DNA of 63,920 nucleotides, the filler included, from Lama guanicoe (lineage: Eukaryota), in assembly GCA_013239625.1 (NCBI GenBank). It is 212 parts of 212 records of this genome, joined end to end, with 100 filler letters (N's around TTAATTAATTAA, not from the genome) between each part and the next. Parts side by side here need not be neighbours in the genome. Positions count along the whole stretch, not along the records: positions 26,273 to 26,474 come from PNXV01031305.1; positions 26,575 to 26,776 come from PNXV01031306.1; positions 26,877 to 27,078 come from PNXV01031307.1; positions 27,179 to 27,380 come from PNXV01031308.1; positions 27,481 to 27,682 come from PNXV01031309.1; positions 27,783 to 27,984 come from PNXV01031310.1; positions 28,085 to 28,286 come from PNXV01031311.1; positions 28,387 to 28,588 come from PNXV01031312.1; 204 more parts are not named here. The stretch is one strand, 5' to 3'. The position numbers were made by a program, and so were the translations under genes. This document shows, one piece after another, positions 26,273 through 37,647 of the stretch (the stretch's first letter is position 1; each line of letters opens with the position of its first letter). The notes below the pieces were generated by a model. The model saw nothing but the letters and a program-made list of their open reading frames with translations. It was not told the DNA's origin and ran no database searches.

Positions 26273-26474
26273 TGGATAAATAGATACATGGATAGGTAGG
26301 TAGGTAGATAGATAGATAGATGATAGATAGATACTTGGACAGGTAGATAGATGGATGGATAGGTAGATAATAGATAGATGACAGATAGATAAGATGGGTG
26401 GATGGATAGACAGGTAGGTAGGTCTGTAGGTAGATAGATAGATGGATAGATGGATGGATGGATGCATGGATAGG
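26273..26474. repeat. Compound (GATA/GGAT/GGTA)n tetranucleotide repeat
   Basis: The whole contig consists of tagg/taga/tgga variants. Confidence 0.95.
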
Positions 26475-26574
26475 NNNNNNNNNNNNNNNNNNNNNNNNNN
26501 NNNNNNNNNNNNNNNNNNTTAATTAATTAANNNNNNNNNNNNNNNNNNNNNNNNNNNNNNNNNNNNNNNNNNNN

Positions 26575-26776
26575 ATGGGAACAACTTATGTGTCCATCAA
26601 CAGATGAATGGGTATAGAAGACGAGCTATACACACACATACATGTGCGTGCGCACACACACGTACACACACACAGCGGAATACTACTCAGCCATAAAAAA
26701 GACGAAATCTTGCCATTTGTTACACACGGATGGACCTCAAGGGTATTATGCTAAGTGAAGTAAGTCAGAACAAGCA
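26575..26776 (+). mobile_element. L1 3' fragment with internal (CA)n
   Basis: 'tgtccatcaacagatgaatgg...ggaatactactcagccataaaaaagacgaaatcttgccatttg...ctaagtgaagtaagtcaga'. Confidence 0.9.
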
Positions 26777-26877
26777 NNNNNNNNNNNNNNNNNNNNNNNN
26801 NNNNNNNNNNNNNNNNNNNNTTAATTAATTAANNNNNNNNNNNNNNNNNNNNNNNNNNNNNNNNNNNNNNNNNNNNC

Positions 26878-27006
26878 CCAGGGACGAGCCTCGGCCTGGG
26901 CTCTAGCCTCCCCCTTCCTTCGCTCTGTGCCTCCATCAGCATTTTTAAAGATCCACACCATCAAAATGCAGACAAGTGCTACCAGGACTGGAGTCAGAAG
27001 AAACAT
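26878..27006 (-). CDS. IYD: Iodotyrosine deiodinase, first coding exon (partial; N-terminal membrane anchor)
   Basis: [43 protein letters not shown] matches the mammalian IYD N-terminus (human, as recalled: [24 protein letters not shown]...AEARPW). The start context is caccaccATG, and the frame is open to the contig end. Confidence 0.92.
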
Positions 27007-27078
27007 GGTGGTGAGGCTGACCCTGAACGGTGCCCATACTTCCCAGGCCGGGATTTAAACAAACAGGGGCAGGAATGG
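27007..27078 (-). promoter_or_regulatory. IYD 5'UTR / proximal promoter with TATA-like TTTAAAT
   Basis: The minus strand reads ...TGTTTGTTTAAATCC... about 50 nt upstream of the ATG. Confidence 0.4.
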
Positions 27079-29292
27079 NNNNNNNNNNNNNNNNNNNNNN
27101 NNNNNNNNNNNNNNNNNNNNNNTTAATTAATTAANNNNNNNNNNNNNNNNNNNNNNNNNNNNNNNNNNNNNNNNNNNNTATTTTAAGGGTCTAACTACCT
27201 AAAGTCAAAATAGTAATTGTATATCAAGGCATGCCAGGGGGAAGTCTCAGCTTGTCCCGTCTTTCCCCATCTCATGCACCCCCTCCCCACACTCTCTCGC
27301 ATCTTCAGAAAACAGAACAATGGGCAATACAAAATACTCTTGGGAAACCTGCTGGATGTCACACATGAAAAGAATCTATGNNNNNNNNNNNNNNNNNNNN
27401 NNNNNNNNNNNNNNNNNNNNNNNNTTAATTAATTAANNNNNNNNNNNNNNNNNNNNNNNNNNNNNNNNNNNNNNNNNNNNCCATTTAAAATATCCTCTTC
27501 CTGCAATACTCTTACTACACCCACCCATCTACTCCAATTCAAAAATCTGTGTATTCCTATAATTTGAGTTTAATCATTTTTCTTCTGAGCACATTACCAG
27601 CTTCTCAGCTATGATGAATTACCTTCTGTATAAAGTTATTGCATTTTTCTTGTTTTTGGAATGTTTGTAATACTTTCTATTANNNNNNNNNNNNNNNNNN
27701 NNNNNNNNNNNNNNNNNNNNNNNNNNTTAATTAATTAANNNNNNNNNNNNNNNNNNNNNNNNNNNNNNNNNNNNNNNNNNNNCAAATATGTAAACTTACT
27801 CTCAAAGGTGCTCCATGAGTTAATCAAAAATTTAACAGTAAGTTAATAGGAGAATTAACACTAGGACCTATTGCTTCTGGTTCCTAATTGTCTTCTACTC
27901 TGTGATGTTACTTCTTTACATTAATTGAACAGCCGAGCGATCACTGAGTACTTAGGTTCTGTGCTATGATTAGTAAAAGACAAANNNNNNNNNNNNNNNN
28001 NNNNNNNNNNNNNNNNNNNNNNNNNNNNTTAATTAATTAANNNNNNNNNNNNNNNNNNNNNNNNNNNNNNNNNNNNNNNNNNNNTATGCAAAGACAAAAA
28101 GAAACTAAAAAAACTAAAAAGAAAAGAAAAGCAAAAACAAACTCAAAGGACTAATAATTACTTAATAATAATTTACCTTTGACTTTAAGTAATATTTTCC
28201 TAAGTGTGTATTTCTTTTGTTGATTACTCATAACATCAAGAAACTAAAAACTAACAAACACTTAAGAAGTAAATGTCAGAGAAGATNNNNNNNNNNNNNN
28301 NNNNNNNNNNNNNNNNNNNNNNNNNNNNNNTTAATTAATTAANNNNNNNNNNNNNNNNNNNNNNNNNNNNNNNNNNNNNNNNNNNNATATATACAAATAA
28401 CAAATAATTATGTTGTACCCCAGAAAGTAACACAACGCTATGTGTACATTATCCCTCAATCCAAAGGGATATTTTTTCCTAATGTTCTGCTTTGTTTTTT
28501 ATAAGAATCAGAGTATTATTTTGCAGACTTTGTGACTTTTTTTTTCTTTTTGCCTCTTTTCTATTTTTTAACATGTTTTTATTGATTTNNNNNNNNNNNN
28601 NNNNNNNNNNNNNNNNNNNNNNNNNNNNNNNNTTAATTAATTAANNNNNNNNNNNNNNNNNNNNNNNNNNNNNNNNNNNNNNNNNNNNGAAGGTCATATG
28701 AATATTTTTTAAGCATCTAATGTTCATACACTTATCCCTAGCAATTCTAGAAATCTAGGCTAAGGAAATAAGTATGAGAAAAGTTTATTCAGGTGTGTCT
28801 CATACTTTATTCATTATCAAAATAAATGTGGAAGCAACCTAAAATATCTACAGTACAGAAATACATATAATTGAACAATATGCTATTAAGNNNNNNNNNN
28901 NNNNNNNNNNNNNNNNNNNNNNNNNNNNNNNNNNTTAATTAATTAANNNNNNNNNNNNNNNNNNNNNNNNNNNNNNNNNNNNNNNNNNNNGATATGAGAG
29001 GCGTAGTCCCAGGTCAAGGGAACCTCAGCGGTGAGCCACAGGGTTTTTTGAAGCATAATAATAAACTCTCATAGTTTTAGGTTGTCTTCTGCCAAGCTCT
29101 CTGCTCTCTTGGTGAGTATTACTAGTCCCATTTTAGAGATGTGATAAGTAAGTCCTAGAAATTTAAGTCAGCTGAGCTTTGAACACAGTTCTNNNNNNNN
29201 NNNNNNNNNNNNNNNNNNNNNNNNNNNNNNNNNNNNTTAATTAATTAANNNNNNNNNNNNNNNNNNNNNNNNNNNNNNNNNNNNNNNNNNNN

Positions 29293-29355
29293 GACCTGCC
29301 ACCACAAGAACTCCCCAGCCCAGAGTGTCAAGAATGCCAAGATTGAGAAACCTTG
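29293..29355. mobile_element. MER20-like (hAT) terminal fragment
   Basis: 'cacaagaactccccagcccagagtgtcaagaatgccaagattgagaaaccttg' resembles the MER20 end. Confidence 0.65.
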
Positions 29356-30565
29356 GTCTAGTTTATTTCATAACAGGATTATTTAGAATTTGTTTATAAT
29401 TGTTCACCAAAAAAGCTGCTCAAATGCCTGATAGACTGCCTTGGAATAAGAGACCAAGAGAAAAACAAAAATGAAAAGCACTTTGTGTTCTGTTNNNNNN
29501 NNNNNNNNNNNNNNNNNNNNNNNNNNNNNNNNNNNNNNTTAATTAATTAANNNNNNNNNNNNNNNNNNNNNNNNNNNNNNNNNNNNNNNNNNNNAACACT
29601 GCCACTTTCCTGAAGTCAAGGATCATCTTTATGAGTTATTTTGGTTTTTTGTCAGGTATTCGTCCGTCTCCATTCCTTTTTGGTCTGTTTTTAGAGATTT
29701 ATTCATTTCTTCCATTGAGTCATTCTCCCCTTTTGCCTGTTTCTTCATGTTTCTTATAACGTGGTGTTGCTGCTTACAATTTGACAAAACAGCCACNNNN
29801 NNNNNNNNNNNNNNNNNNNNNNNNNNNNNNNNNNNNNNNNTTAATTAATTAANNNNNNNNNNNNNNNNNNNNNNNNNNNNNNNNNNNNNNNNNNNNAAAG
29901 AGAGAGAGAGAATCTTTTAATTAATATTTTTGCTTTGAAAACACACCCACAAAACCAGATTTTCCTGAAATTCAGAAATTACTAGGTAGGAATAAGAAAT
30001 GAGAAGAATAACTTTAACCTTCAATTCACTATCATCTTTGAGTCAGAATAACAACTCCACTTGCAAACAACAGGTAAAGTGCTAACACACACAAAAAANN
30101 NNNNNNNNNNNNNNNNNNNNNNNNNNNNNNNNNNNNNNNNNNTTAATTAATTAANNNNNNNNNNNNNNNNNNNNNNNNNNNNNNNNNNNNNNNNNNNNAG
30201 TTAAGCAAATAATCTTTTGTTTATGTGATGTGAAGTGTAAATTTTTGAAAGATCTTGAGACATACTTGGCCAATTCTTTTGCCTTTTTTTTTTTTTAAAA
30301 CAGAAAGAACACTGATAACTTAGAATTAACTGAGACAGGAATACCTACAGTGCTAAGTCCCACAAAGTTTACAGTCTAATTATAAATTTTACAGCGAGTG
30401 NNNNNNNNNNNNNNNNNNNNNNNNNNNNNNNNNNNNNNNNNNNNTTAATTAATTAANNNNNNNNNNNNNNNNNNNNNNNNNNNNNNNNNNNNNNNNNNNN
30501 CATCATGGCCTGCCTAGCACTTTTCTCTCTTTGAGCAGAGCTCCTCATTTTACTTTTTTTTCAAA

Positions 30566-30640
30566 TGGAGGTACTGGGGATTAAACCCAGCACCTCACGC
30601 ATGCTAAGCATGCGCTCTACCACTGAGCTGTACTCTCCCC
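30566..30640 (-). mobile_element. tRNA-Ala(AGC)-derived SINE head (vic-1-like short form)
   Basis: The reverse complement reads GGGGAGAGTACAGCTCAGTGGTAGAGCGCATGCTTAGCATGCGTGAGGTGCTGGGTTTAATCCCCAGTACCTCCA plus an A-rich tail. The A-box is present and the B-box is mutated. Confidence 0.88.
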
Positions 30641-30824
30641 CTCTATTTTTTTTAAAACATACACACACAATCTGCTGGGATTCTTATTGTGATTGTAGTG
30701 ACNNNNNNNNNNNNNNNNNNNNNNNNNNNNNNNNNNNNNNNNNNNNTTAATTAATTAANNNNNNNNNNNNNNNNNNNNNNNNNNNNNNNNNNNNNNNNNN
30801 NNTTGCTAACCAGCCAACTCTATG

Positions 30825-31004
30825 AGAGATGAGCTGGATTATAGAGGTGGGTCCAGTGTACTCAGCAGGGTCGTTAGAGGAGGAAGGGGAAGGCAGAAGA
30901 GGGGAGAGAGGAGAGGAGATGTGACTACAGAATCAGAGTCAGAGGCACACAACTGTGCTGACCTTGAGAGAGAGAAAAGAGGTCACAGGCCAAGAGACGC
31001 AGGT
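30825..31004 (+). mobile_element. MaLR (MLT1C/D-like) LTR fragment
   Basis: 'ctggattatagaggtgggtccagtgta...ggagatgtgactacagaatcagag...gctgaccttgag...aggccaagagacgcagg'. Confidence 0.7.
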
Positions 31005-32312
31005 NNNNNNNNNNNNNNNNNNNNNNNNNNNNNNNNNNNNNNNNNNNNTTAATTAATTAANNNNNNNNNNNNNNNNNNNNNNNNNNNNNNNNNNNNNNNN
31101 NNNNCACACTTCTACAGAGCGGTTGGGAAAGGGTAAGGGTCATCTGTGTAGAAAGACTCTAAGCTTGACAGCTGGTGTCAATGCAGCAGGCATGAGCAAG
31201 TACAAACTAGTCCCAAACACAAACTAGTTTATTACTCCATGGTTCCTCATCATTCTGAGGTCTCACTGGCTTATTAAAAAGAAAAGGAGATGTTTAGGGT
31301 TTATATNNNNNNNNNNNNNNNNNNNNNNNNNNNNNNNNNNNNNNNNNNNNTTAATTAATTAANNNNNNNNNNNNNNNNNNNNNNNNNNNNNNNNNNNNNN
31401 NNNNNNTGGAGTCTACATGCAACAAATACCAGCCTCTGAGTGTGCTGTAAGCATCCCTTTATAAAGGACCAAATATAAAAATAGACAGCATATTTTCTGG
31501 GAAAATTTTAAAACCAGTTTATTTAACTAATATTGACTCCTGACATCTAATTTTTGTTATTTTTGTAACTTATTTAAAAATCTGTTCATTTAATGCTATT
31601 CATTAATGNNNNNNNNNNNNNNNNNNNNNNNNNNNNNNNNNNNNNNNNNNNNTTAATTAATTAANNNNNNNNNNNNNNNNNNNNNNNNNNNNNNNNNNNN
31701 NNNNNNNNTAGTAGAATGAGTTCCTCAAAAAGGCTGCCATCTGTGCCCCTTGGGTGAATCCAGTTACCTTCTGCCTCTCTGAGAGGCTCTCCAACATCAG
31801 CAAGTGGGTTTGATCCAAGCTATTTTCAAATTTCTTCCTCTTCCCTGAGTCTCAGAACACATGGCATTTTCTGTATGACCTTTAAAATTAGAGTCTCTGT
31901 TTTCTATAGCNNNNNNNNNNNNNNNNNNNNNNNNNNNNNNNNNNNNNNNNNNNNTTAATTAATTAANNNNNNNNNNNNNNNNNNNNNNNNNNNNNNNNNN
32001 NNNNNNNNNNCCTCTATCGACGGTGCCTAAGATTTTACTTACTACAAGACTTCCCTGTGATGGCACTCAGGTTTATAAAATCAGTGCCCACCTCTGGACA
32101 AGATATCAGTTCCGGTGACTGAATTCCAGAGGCAGCTGGCGCCAGGGTTTGGGGATCTCGGGTGAGAGGTGGAGGACGGGATCTCAGGTGAGACTAGAGG
32201 TTTATGTACCTTNNNNNNNNNNNNNNNNNNNNNNNNNNNNNNNNNNNNNNNNNNNNTTAATTAATTAANNNNNNNNNNNNNNNNNNNNNNNNNNNNNNNN
32301 NNNNNNNNNNNN

Positions 32313-32363
32313 CTAATTACCTCCCCCTCACCAAAAAATAATGAAAGACAAAAAAAAAAAAAA
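32313..32363 (+). mobile_element. 3' tail of vic-1-like SINE
   Basis: 'ctaattacctccccctcaccaaaaaa' is the same tail as at 3361. Similar antisense tails occur near 52100-52143 and 59640-59692. Confidence 0.7.
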
Positions 32364-34426
32364 TCTCATGGCCAGAGAATTTGAAGGGCTGCTATCCACG
32401 TAGAAACAGATCTGACAGCAGATAGATTCAGAACGTGAGGTACATTGTGAAGGTAACAAGAACTACTTTCTTTTAAATCTCCAAATCACCCAGAAAATTT
32501 ACATTACGAAAATANNNNNNNNNNNNNNNNNNNNNNNNNNNNNNNNNNNNNNNNNNNNTTAATTAATTAANNNNNNNNNNNNNNNNNNNNNNNNNNNNNN
32601 NNNNNNNNNNNNNNAGAGGGAGAGAGAAAGAAAGGAAAGAAGGAGGGAAGGAAGGGAGGGAGGAAGGGAGAAAAAGAAAGAATATCTATCGGACCTCCTG
32701 AAATCATTATGCATTGTTTGAACTTACAGTCTCCCGTCACCAGGACTTCCCCGTCCTGTGAGCAGAAAGCCTGGTTGTCTGTTCCCTTAATCACTTCAGA
32801 TGTCCTTCTCCAGCCTNNNNNNNNNNNNNNNNNNNNNNNNNNNNNNNNNNNNNNNNNNNNTTAATTAATTAANNNNNNNNNNNNNNNNNNNNNNNNNNNN
32901 NNNNNNNNNNNNNNNNTTCTAGAGTAAAGTAATTTATTAGATGAGGGAAACTCGAGACAAAAGCAAGATACTTTGGGTCATTACTGTGGATGATCCAGCA
33001 AAGAAATAAAAGAGTCAAAGCATGCATTTGGTTTGCTCTCCTGTCTCCATGGTTCTTTTCACATGGTGTCTGCCTGTCAGAAGTGATTTTGAAGTTGTCA
33101 TTTACTACAAAAGGAGCTNNNNNNNNNNNNNNNNNNNNNNNNNNNNNNNNNNNNNNNNNNNNTTAATTAATTAANNNNNNNNNNNNNNNNNNNNNNNNNN
33201 NNNNNNNNNNNNNNNNNNGAGTGAGAATTCAGGCTCCTTTTACACTAAAAAGGAGAGGGGTTGAGGGGTGGTTGGTGCAAACTTCTTGGTGCAGGAATTC
33301 TTTCTTTTTGGAGCTGTGGGTCCGGTCATGGGGCCCTGTAAAACCTCTAACAAAATAAATGTTACTTTCTATTCTGCAGCTTGTTGTGTGTATAGGAGAG
33401 CAAAAGTGTTCATATCCTTANNNNNNNNNNNNNNNNNNNNNNNNNNNNNNNNNNNNNNNNNNNNTTAATTAATTAANNNNNNNNNNNNNNNNNNNNNNNN
33501 NNNNNNNNNNNNNNNNNNNNACTGGGTATCTGTGAGGCTAGAGGCAGGCAGGAGGAACACTGGGCAGAGCAGGGTGGGTGGGCACGATGGGGAGAGCTCT
33601 CGCCGTTCCTCTGGGAGCAGGAGTAAGGGCCCCAGCATCGCTGCACCAGGATCTATGTTGCACGGGTGCATGCTGCCCTCGTGTGGTCAAGGCGAATATT
33701 GCACTAGTGTTGGAAGGGCCTCNNNNNNNNNNNNNNNNNNNNNNNNNNNNNNNNNNNNNNNNNNNNTTAATTAATTAANNNNNNNNNNNNNNNNNNNNNN
33801 NNNNNNNNNNNNNNNNNNNNNNATTCTTAAGGTAACGATCTCTATTTGTAATTTCTCTATTAACTACCTTTTTCTTGCTAACATAGCACATAGCAAGCAT
33901 GACAGTCTACGGAGAGAAAACTTGTAATGCTGAAAATAAAAATGTGAATATCACAAGAAAAGAGATATTTGTGACTATTACATAAAACCACTCAAAATCA
34001 TGTTTAAGAAAAAGAAGAAATCTANNNNNNNNNNNNNNNNNNNNNNNNNNNNNNNNNNNNNNNNNNNNTTAATTAATTAANNNNNNNNNNNNNNNNNNNN
34101 NNNNNNNNNNNNNNNNNNNNNNNNGGTTACAGCTTCACACGCAGAGATTCAGCTCACTCTGGACAGAATACTTAGGTGGAGACAAATTTGTGAGAGAGGG
34201 GAAAATGTTGATGGACTTCAAGAGTCAGACTTTTCCTTTTTATTCATAGAGGATTATAACACACAGGGGGAAAGTCCGTGGCGTTTAAAGCTCTACAGGA
34301 CAGCACATTTCTTTACATTACCCTCTNNNNNNNNNNNNNNNNNNNNNNNNNNNNNNNNNNNNNNNNNNNNTTAATTAATTAANNNNNNNNNNNNNNNNNN
34401 NNNNNNNNNNNNNNNNNNNNNNNNNN

Positions 34427-34628
34427 GAGAAACAGACTCACAGACATAGAAAACAAACTTATGGTTACCGGGGGCAAGGGGGAGGATAAATTGGAAGTTC
34501 AGGATTTGAAGATACTACTATATATAAAACAGATAAAAAAACAGATTTCTTCTATATAGCACAGGAAACTATATTTAACATCTTATAATAGCCTATAATG
34601 AAAAAGAATATGAAAAGGAATATATATG
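34427..34628 (+). mobile_element. L1 3'UTR
   Basis: 'gaaacagactcacagacatagaaaacaaacttatggttacc...tatagcacaggaaactatattt'. Confidence 0.9.
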
Positions 34629-36237
34629 NNNNNNNNNNNNNNNNNNNNNNNNNNNNNNNNNNNNNNNNNNNNTTAATTAATTAANNNNNNNNNNNNNNNN
34701 NNNNNNNNNNNNNNNNNNNNNNNNNNNNATTTATTGCAACCAGAACAGTTGGGCTGTGCTCAGTGAGGAGAGGCAGTCGCTATGTCTACCAGTAGGCCCT
34801 GCTCCCCACCCTGGTCACTAAATACAGACAAGGGGCCTACTTGGATCACTTTCAAAGCCACCTGGCAGAGCCCATGGGGCGATGTCTGGGGCCCGAGCTC
34901 CAGAGACAGTGCTGTATAATCATTCTTATTNNNNNNNNNNNNNNNNNNNNNNNNNNNNNNNNNNNNNNNNNNNNTTAATTAATTAANNNNNNNNNNNNNN
35001 NNNNNNNNNNNNNNNNNNNNNNNNNNNNNNACAGGTGTTCCCTGTTCAGGGAAGTCCGAGAAATACCTTCCCTGACTTTTCGGAGGCACCCTCTGCCCTG
35101 GGACATCCTGCAAACACCCCTAGCATTCCCTAGCAGAGAGACAAATGGAAAACCCTTAGGGGAGATGAGATTAGGCATTCCTTTAGAACCCAGGCGCTGC
35201 TGACCGTTGGTGGAACCTCCCCACGCTCAGGNNNNNNNNNNNNNNNNNNNNNNNNNNNNNNNNNNNNNNNNNNNNTTAATTAATTAANNNNNNNNNNNNN
35301 NNNNNNNNNNNNNNNNNNNNNNNNNNNNNNNTGGAATAGAAAGCAGTCCTTTCACATGCCCATCACATGGAGTTCACATTATTTTAACTTCCATCTGAAA
35401 ACCTCTGAGAAACATACTCATTTGCCATATGCAGATGAAAATTAAATATCTGTCAGAATGTCAGCTAAATAGACATTCACGCAAAGAAAAGACGTTCTCC
35501 TATGTTTCAGTAAATTTTTCTGTTCTTTTCCTGNNNNNNNNNNNNNNNNNNNNNNNNNNNNNNNNNNNNNNNNNNNNTTAATTAATTAANNNNNNNNNNN
35601 NNNNNNNNNNNNNNNNNNNNNNNNNNNNNNNNNAGGAATATTTCTATCTCTGCTGTTTTAGGAAACCTCCAGTCAGAAGAATATACAGTTCGCTTATTTT
35701 TATAGCTGTTGGCAGCTATTTAAAACCTTGATTCTCACTCCTACCTGCTTGAGATCATCCCAAATCAATGATTCTTCTCATTTTCCCGTAGACTTTTGTC
35801 TTAATCCTGTGCACTCAGTCTTAAGTAAGATATGTNNNNNNNNNNNNNNNNNNNNNNNNNNNNNNNNNNNNNNNNNNNNTTAATTAATTAANNNNNNNNN
35901 NNNNNNNNNNNNNNNNNNNNNNNNNNNNNNNNNNNACTCAGGAGTCTTCTCTTTGGGAACTTTATCTTCCTTGCCTACTTTCTTTCAAATTCAATACCCT
36001 TTCTTTCACTCTCATCGACTTCTCTAGAAACCTGGGGAAAACAACACATTCAACTCAGCTCTAGAGTGAAAGTGCCTATTTCTCCTTCAGTCTGATCAGT
36101 TTTGAACTGGTCAAAGAAACCAGCTACCTTCCAGAGCNNNNNNNNNNNNNNNNNNNNNNNNNNNNNNNNNNNNNNNNNNNNTTAATTAATTAANNNNNNN
36201 NNNNNNNNNNNNNNNNNNNNNNNNNNNNNNNNNNNNN

Positions 36238-36439
36238 GCCCAACCAGGGCGGCGGGCCTGGGGCCCGCCTCAGGGTCCTAACGGGCCACGCGGCCAGGAC
36301 CTCACCTACCTCCGCAGCCCTCCCTGTGCGCCTCCCCAGCTGCACAGCCCAGGCCTCACCCGCCGGCTCCCGACCTGCGCGCCCCCACCAGCGCCCCCTT
36401 ACCAGCCGGGCGGCGGCAGCAGAGGCGACAGCAGGCGGC
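36238..36439 (-). promoter_or_regulatory. CpG-island fragment with a candidate first-exon donor
   Basis: GC/CpG-rich, with a minus-strand CTG|GTAAGG at 36403/36402. Confidence 0.45.
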
Positions 36440-36841
36440 NNNNNNNNNNNNNNNNNNNNNNNNNNNNNNNNNNNNNNNNNNNNTTAATTAATTAANNNNN
36501 NNNNNNNNNNNNNNNNNNNNNNNNNNNNNNNNNNNNNNNATACACCTTCCTGAGGGCAGCTAAGGGAAGCTGGATCCCTGGAAACAGCATCACACAGCAG
36601 AGTTGGGTAATCGCTAATCTCACATCCAGTATCTACCTTTTTTGGGACCTTAGGCCATTTAACTCTTCTGAGCATCATTTTTTTAAATCTGTAAAATAAG
36701 AAAAATTAAAAAACCTGCCCTGCTCAGCTCACAGAGTAGTTNNNNNNNNNNNNNNNNNNNNNNNNNNNNNNNNNNNNNNNNNNNNTTAATTAATTAANNN
36801 NNNNNNNNNNNNNNNNNNNNNNNNNNNNNNNNNNNNNNNNN

Positions 36842-37345
36842 AAGTAGCCATCCCGACAGAAATGAAAAGAAGGGAGTGGATATTCTTCCTCCTTTGCTGT
36901 TAGTTGTATCACTTTCCACATCTCAGCTTTGTTTCCCTTTTGGCACCAGCTGCTCTGGTTCTTTTAGTTTTAGGATCTCTTGATCAAGAGATTTCTGTCT
37001 TTGGGTCATTTGGTGGCTCCCTAACATTATTATTATCTCTCCCNNNNNNNNNNNNNNNNNNNNNNNNNNNNNNNNNNNNNNNNNNNNTTAATTAATTAAN
37101 NNNNNNNNNNNNNNNNNNNNNNNNNNNNNNNNNNNNNNNNNNNAAGTAGCCATCCCGACAGAAATGAAAAGAAGGGAGTGGATATTCTTCCTTCTTTGCT
37201 GTTAGTTGTATCATTTTCCACATCTCAGCTTTGTTTCCCTTTTGGCACCAGCTGCTCTGGTTCATTTAGTTTTAGGATCTCTTGATCAAGAGATTCCTGT
37301 CTTTGGGTCATTTGGTGGCTCCCTAACATTATTATTATCTCTCCC
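36842..37345 (+). repeat. Pair of near-identical contigs (36842-37043 and 37144-37345)
   Basis: The ends are identical, with 4 substitutions at 36891, 36912, 36962 and 36994 of the first copy. Confidence 0.97.
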
Positions 37346-37445
37346 NNNNNNNNNNNNNNNNNNNNNNNNNNNNNNNNNNNNNNNNNNNNTTAATTAATTA
37401 ANNNNNNNNNNNNNNNNNNNNNNNNNNNNNNNNNNNNNNNNNNNN

Positions 37446-37647
37446 TCCCCAGATAAATAAAATCAGAACTGAAAAAGAAGTTACAACCAATACAGCAGAA
37501 ATACAAAGGATCATAAAAGACCACTACAGTTAGTTATATGTGAATAAAGTAGACAACACAGAATAGATGAACTTTTATAAATGTAAAATCTCTCAAGGTG
37601 CAATCAGGAAAAAATAGAAATATGAACAGATTGGTTACCAGGAATGA
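37446..37647 (+). mobile_element. L1 ORF2 fragment (between EN and RT), degenerate
   Basis: 'aataaaatcagaactgaaaaagaagttacaacc...gaaatacaaaggatcataaaagaccactac'. Confidence 0.88.

Noticed and set aside
26225..26467. 80-aa IHLS/IYLS-repeat ORF
   Set aside because: It is the translation of a GATA/GGAT microsatellite.
30566..30640. Functional tRNA-Ala(AGC) gene
   Set aside because: It has extra 5' bases, acceptor- and T-stem mismatches, a mutated B-box (GTTTAA) and an A-rich tail. It matches the SINE head also seen at 3403-3478.
36904..37397. Duplicated hydrophobic 'signal peptide' ORFs (MYHFPHLSFVSLL...)
   Set aside because: They have a TTG start and N read-through, and the duplication is two arms of an assembly bubble rather than tandem genes.
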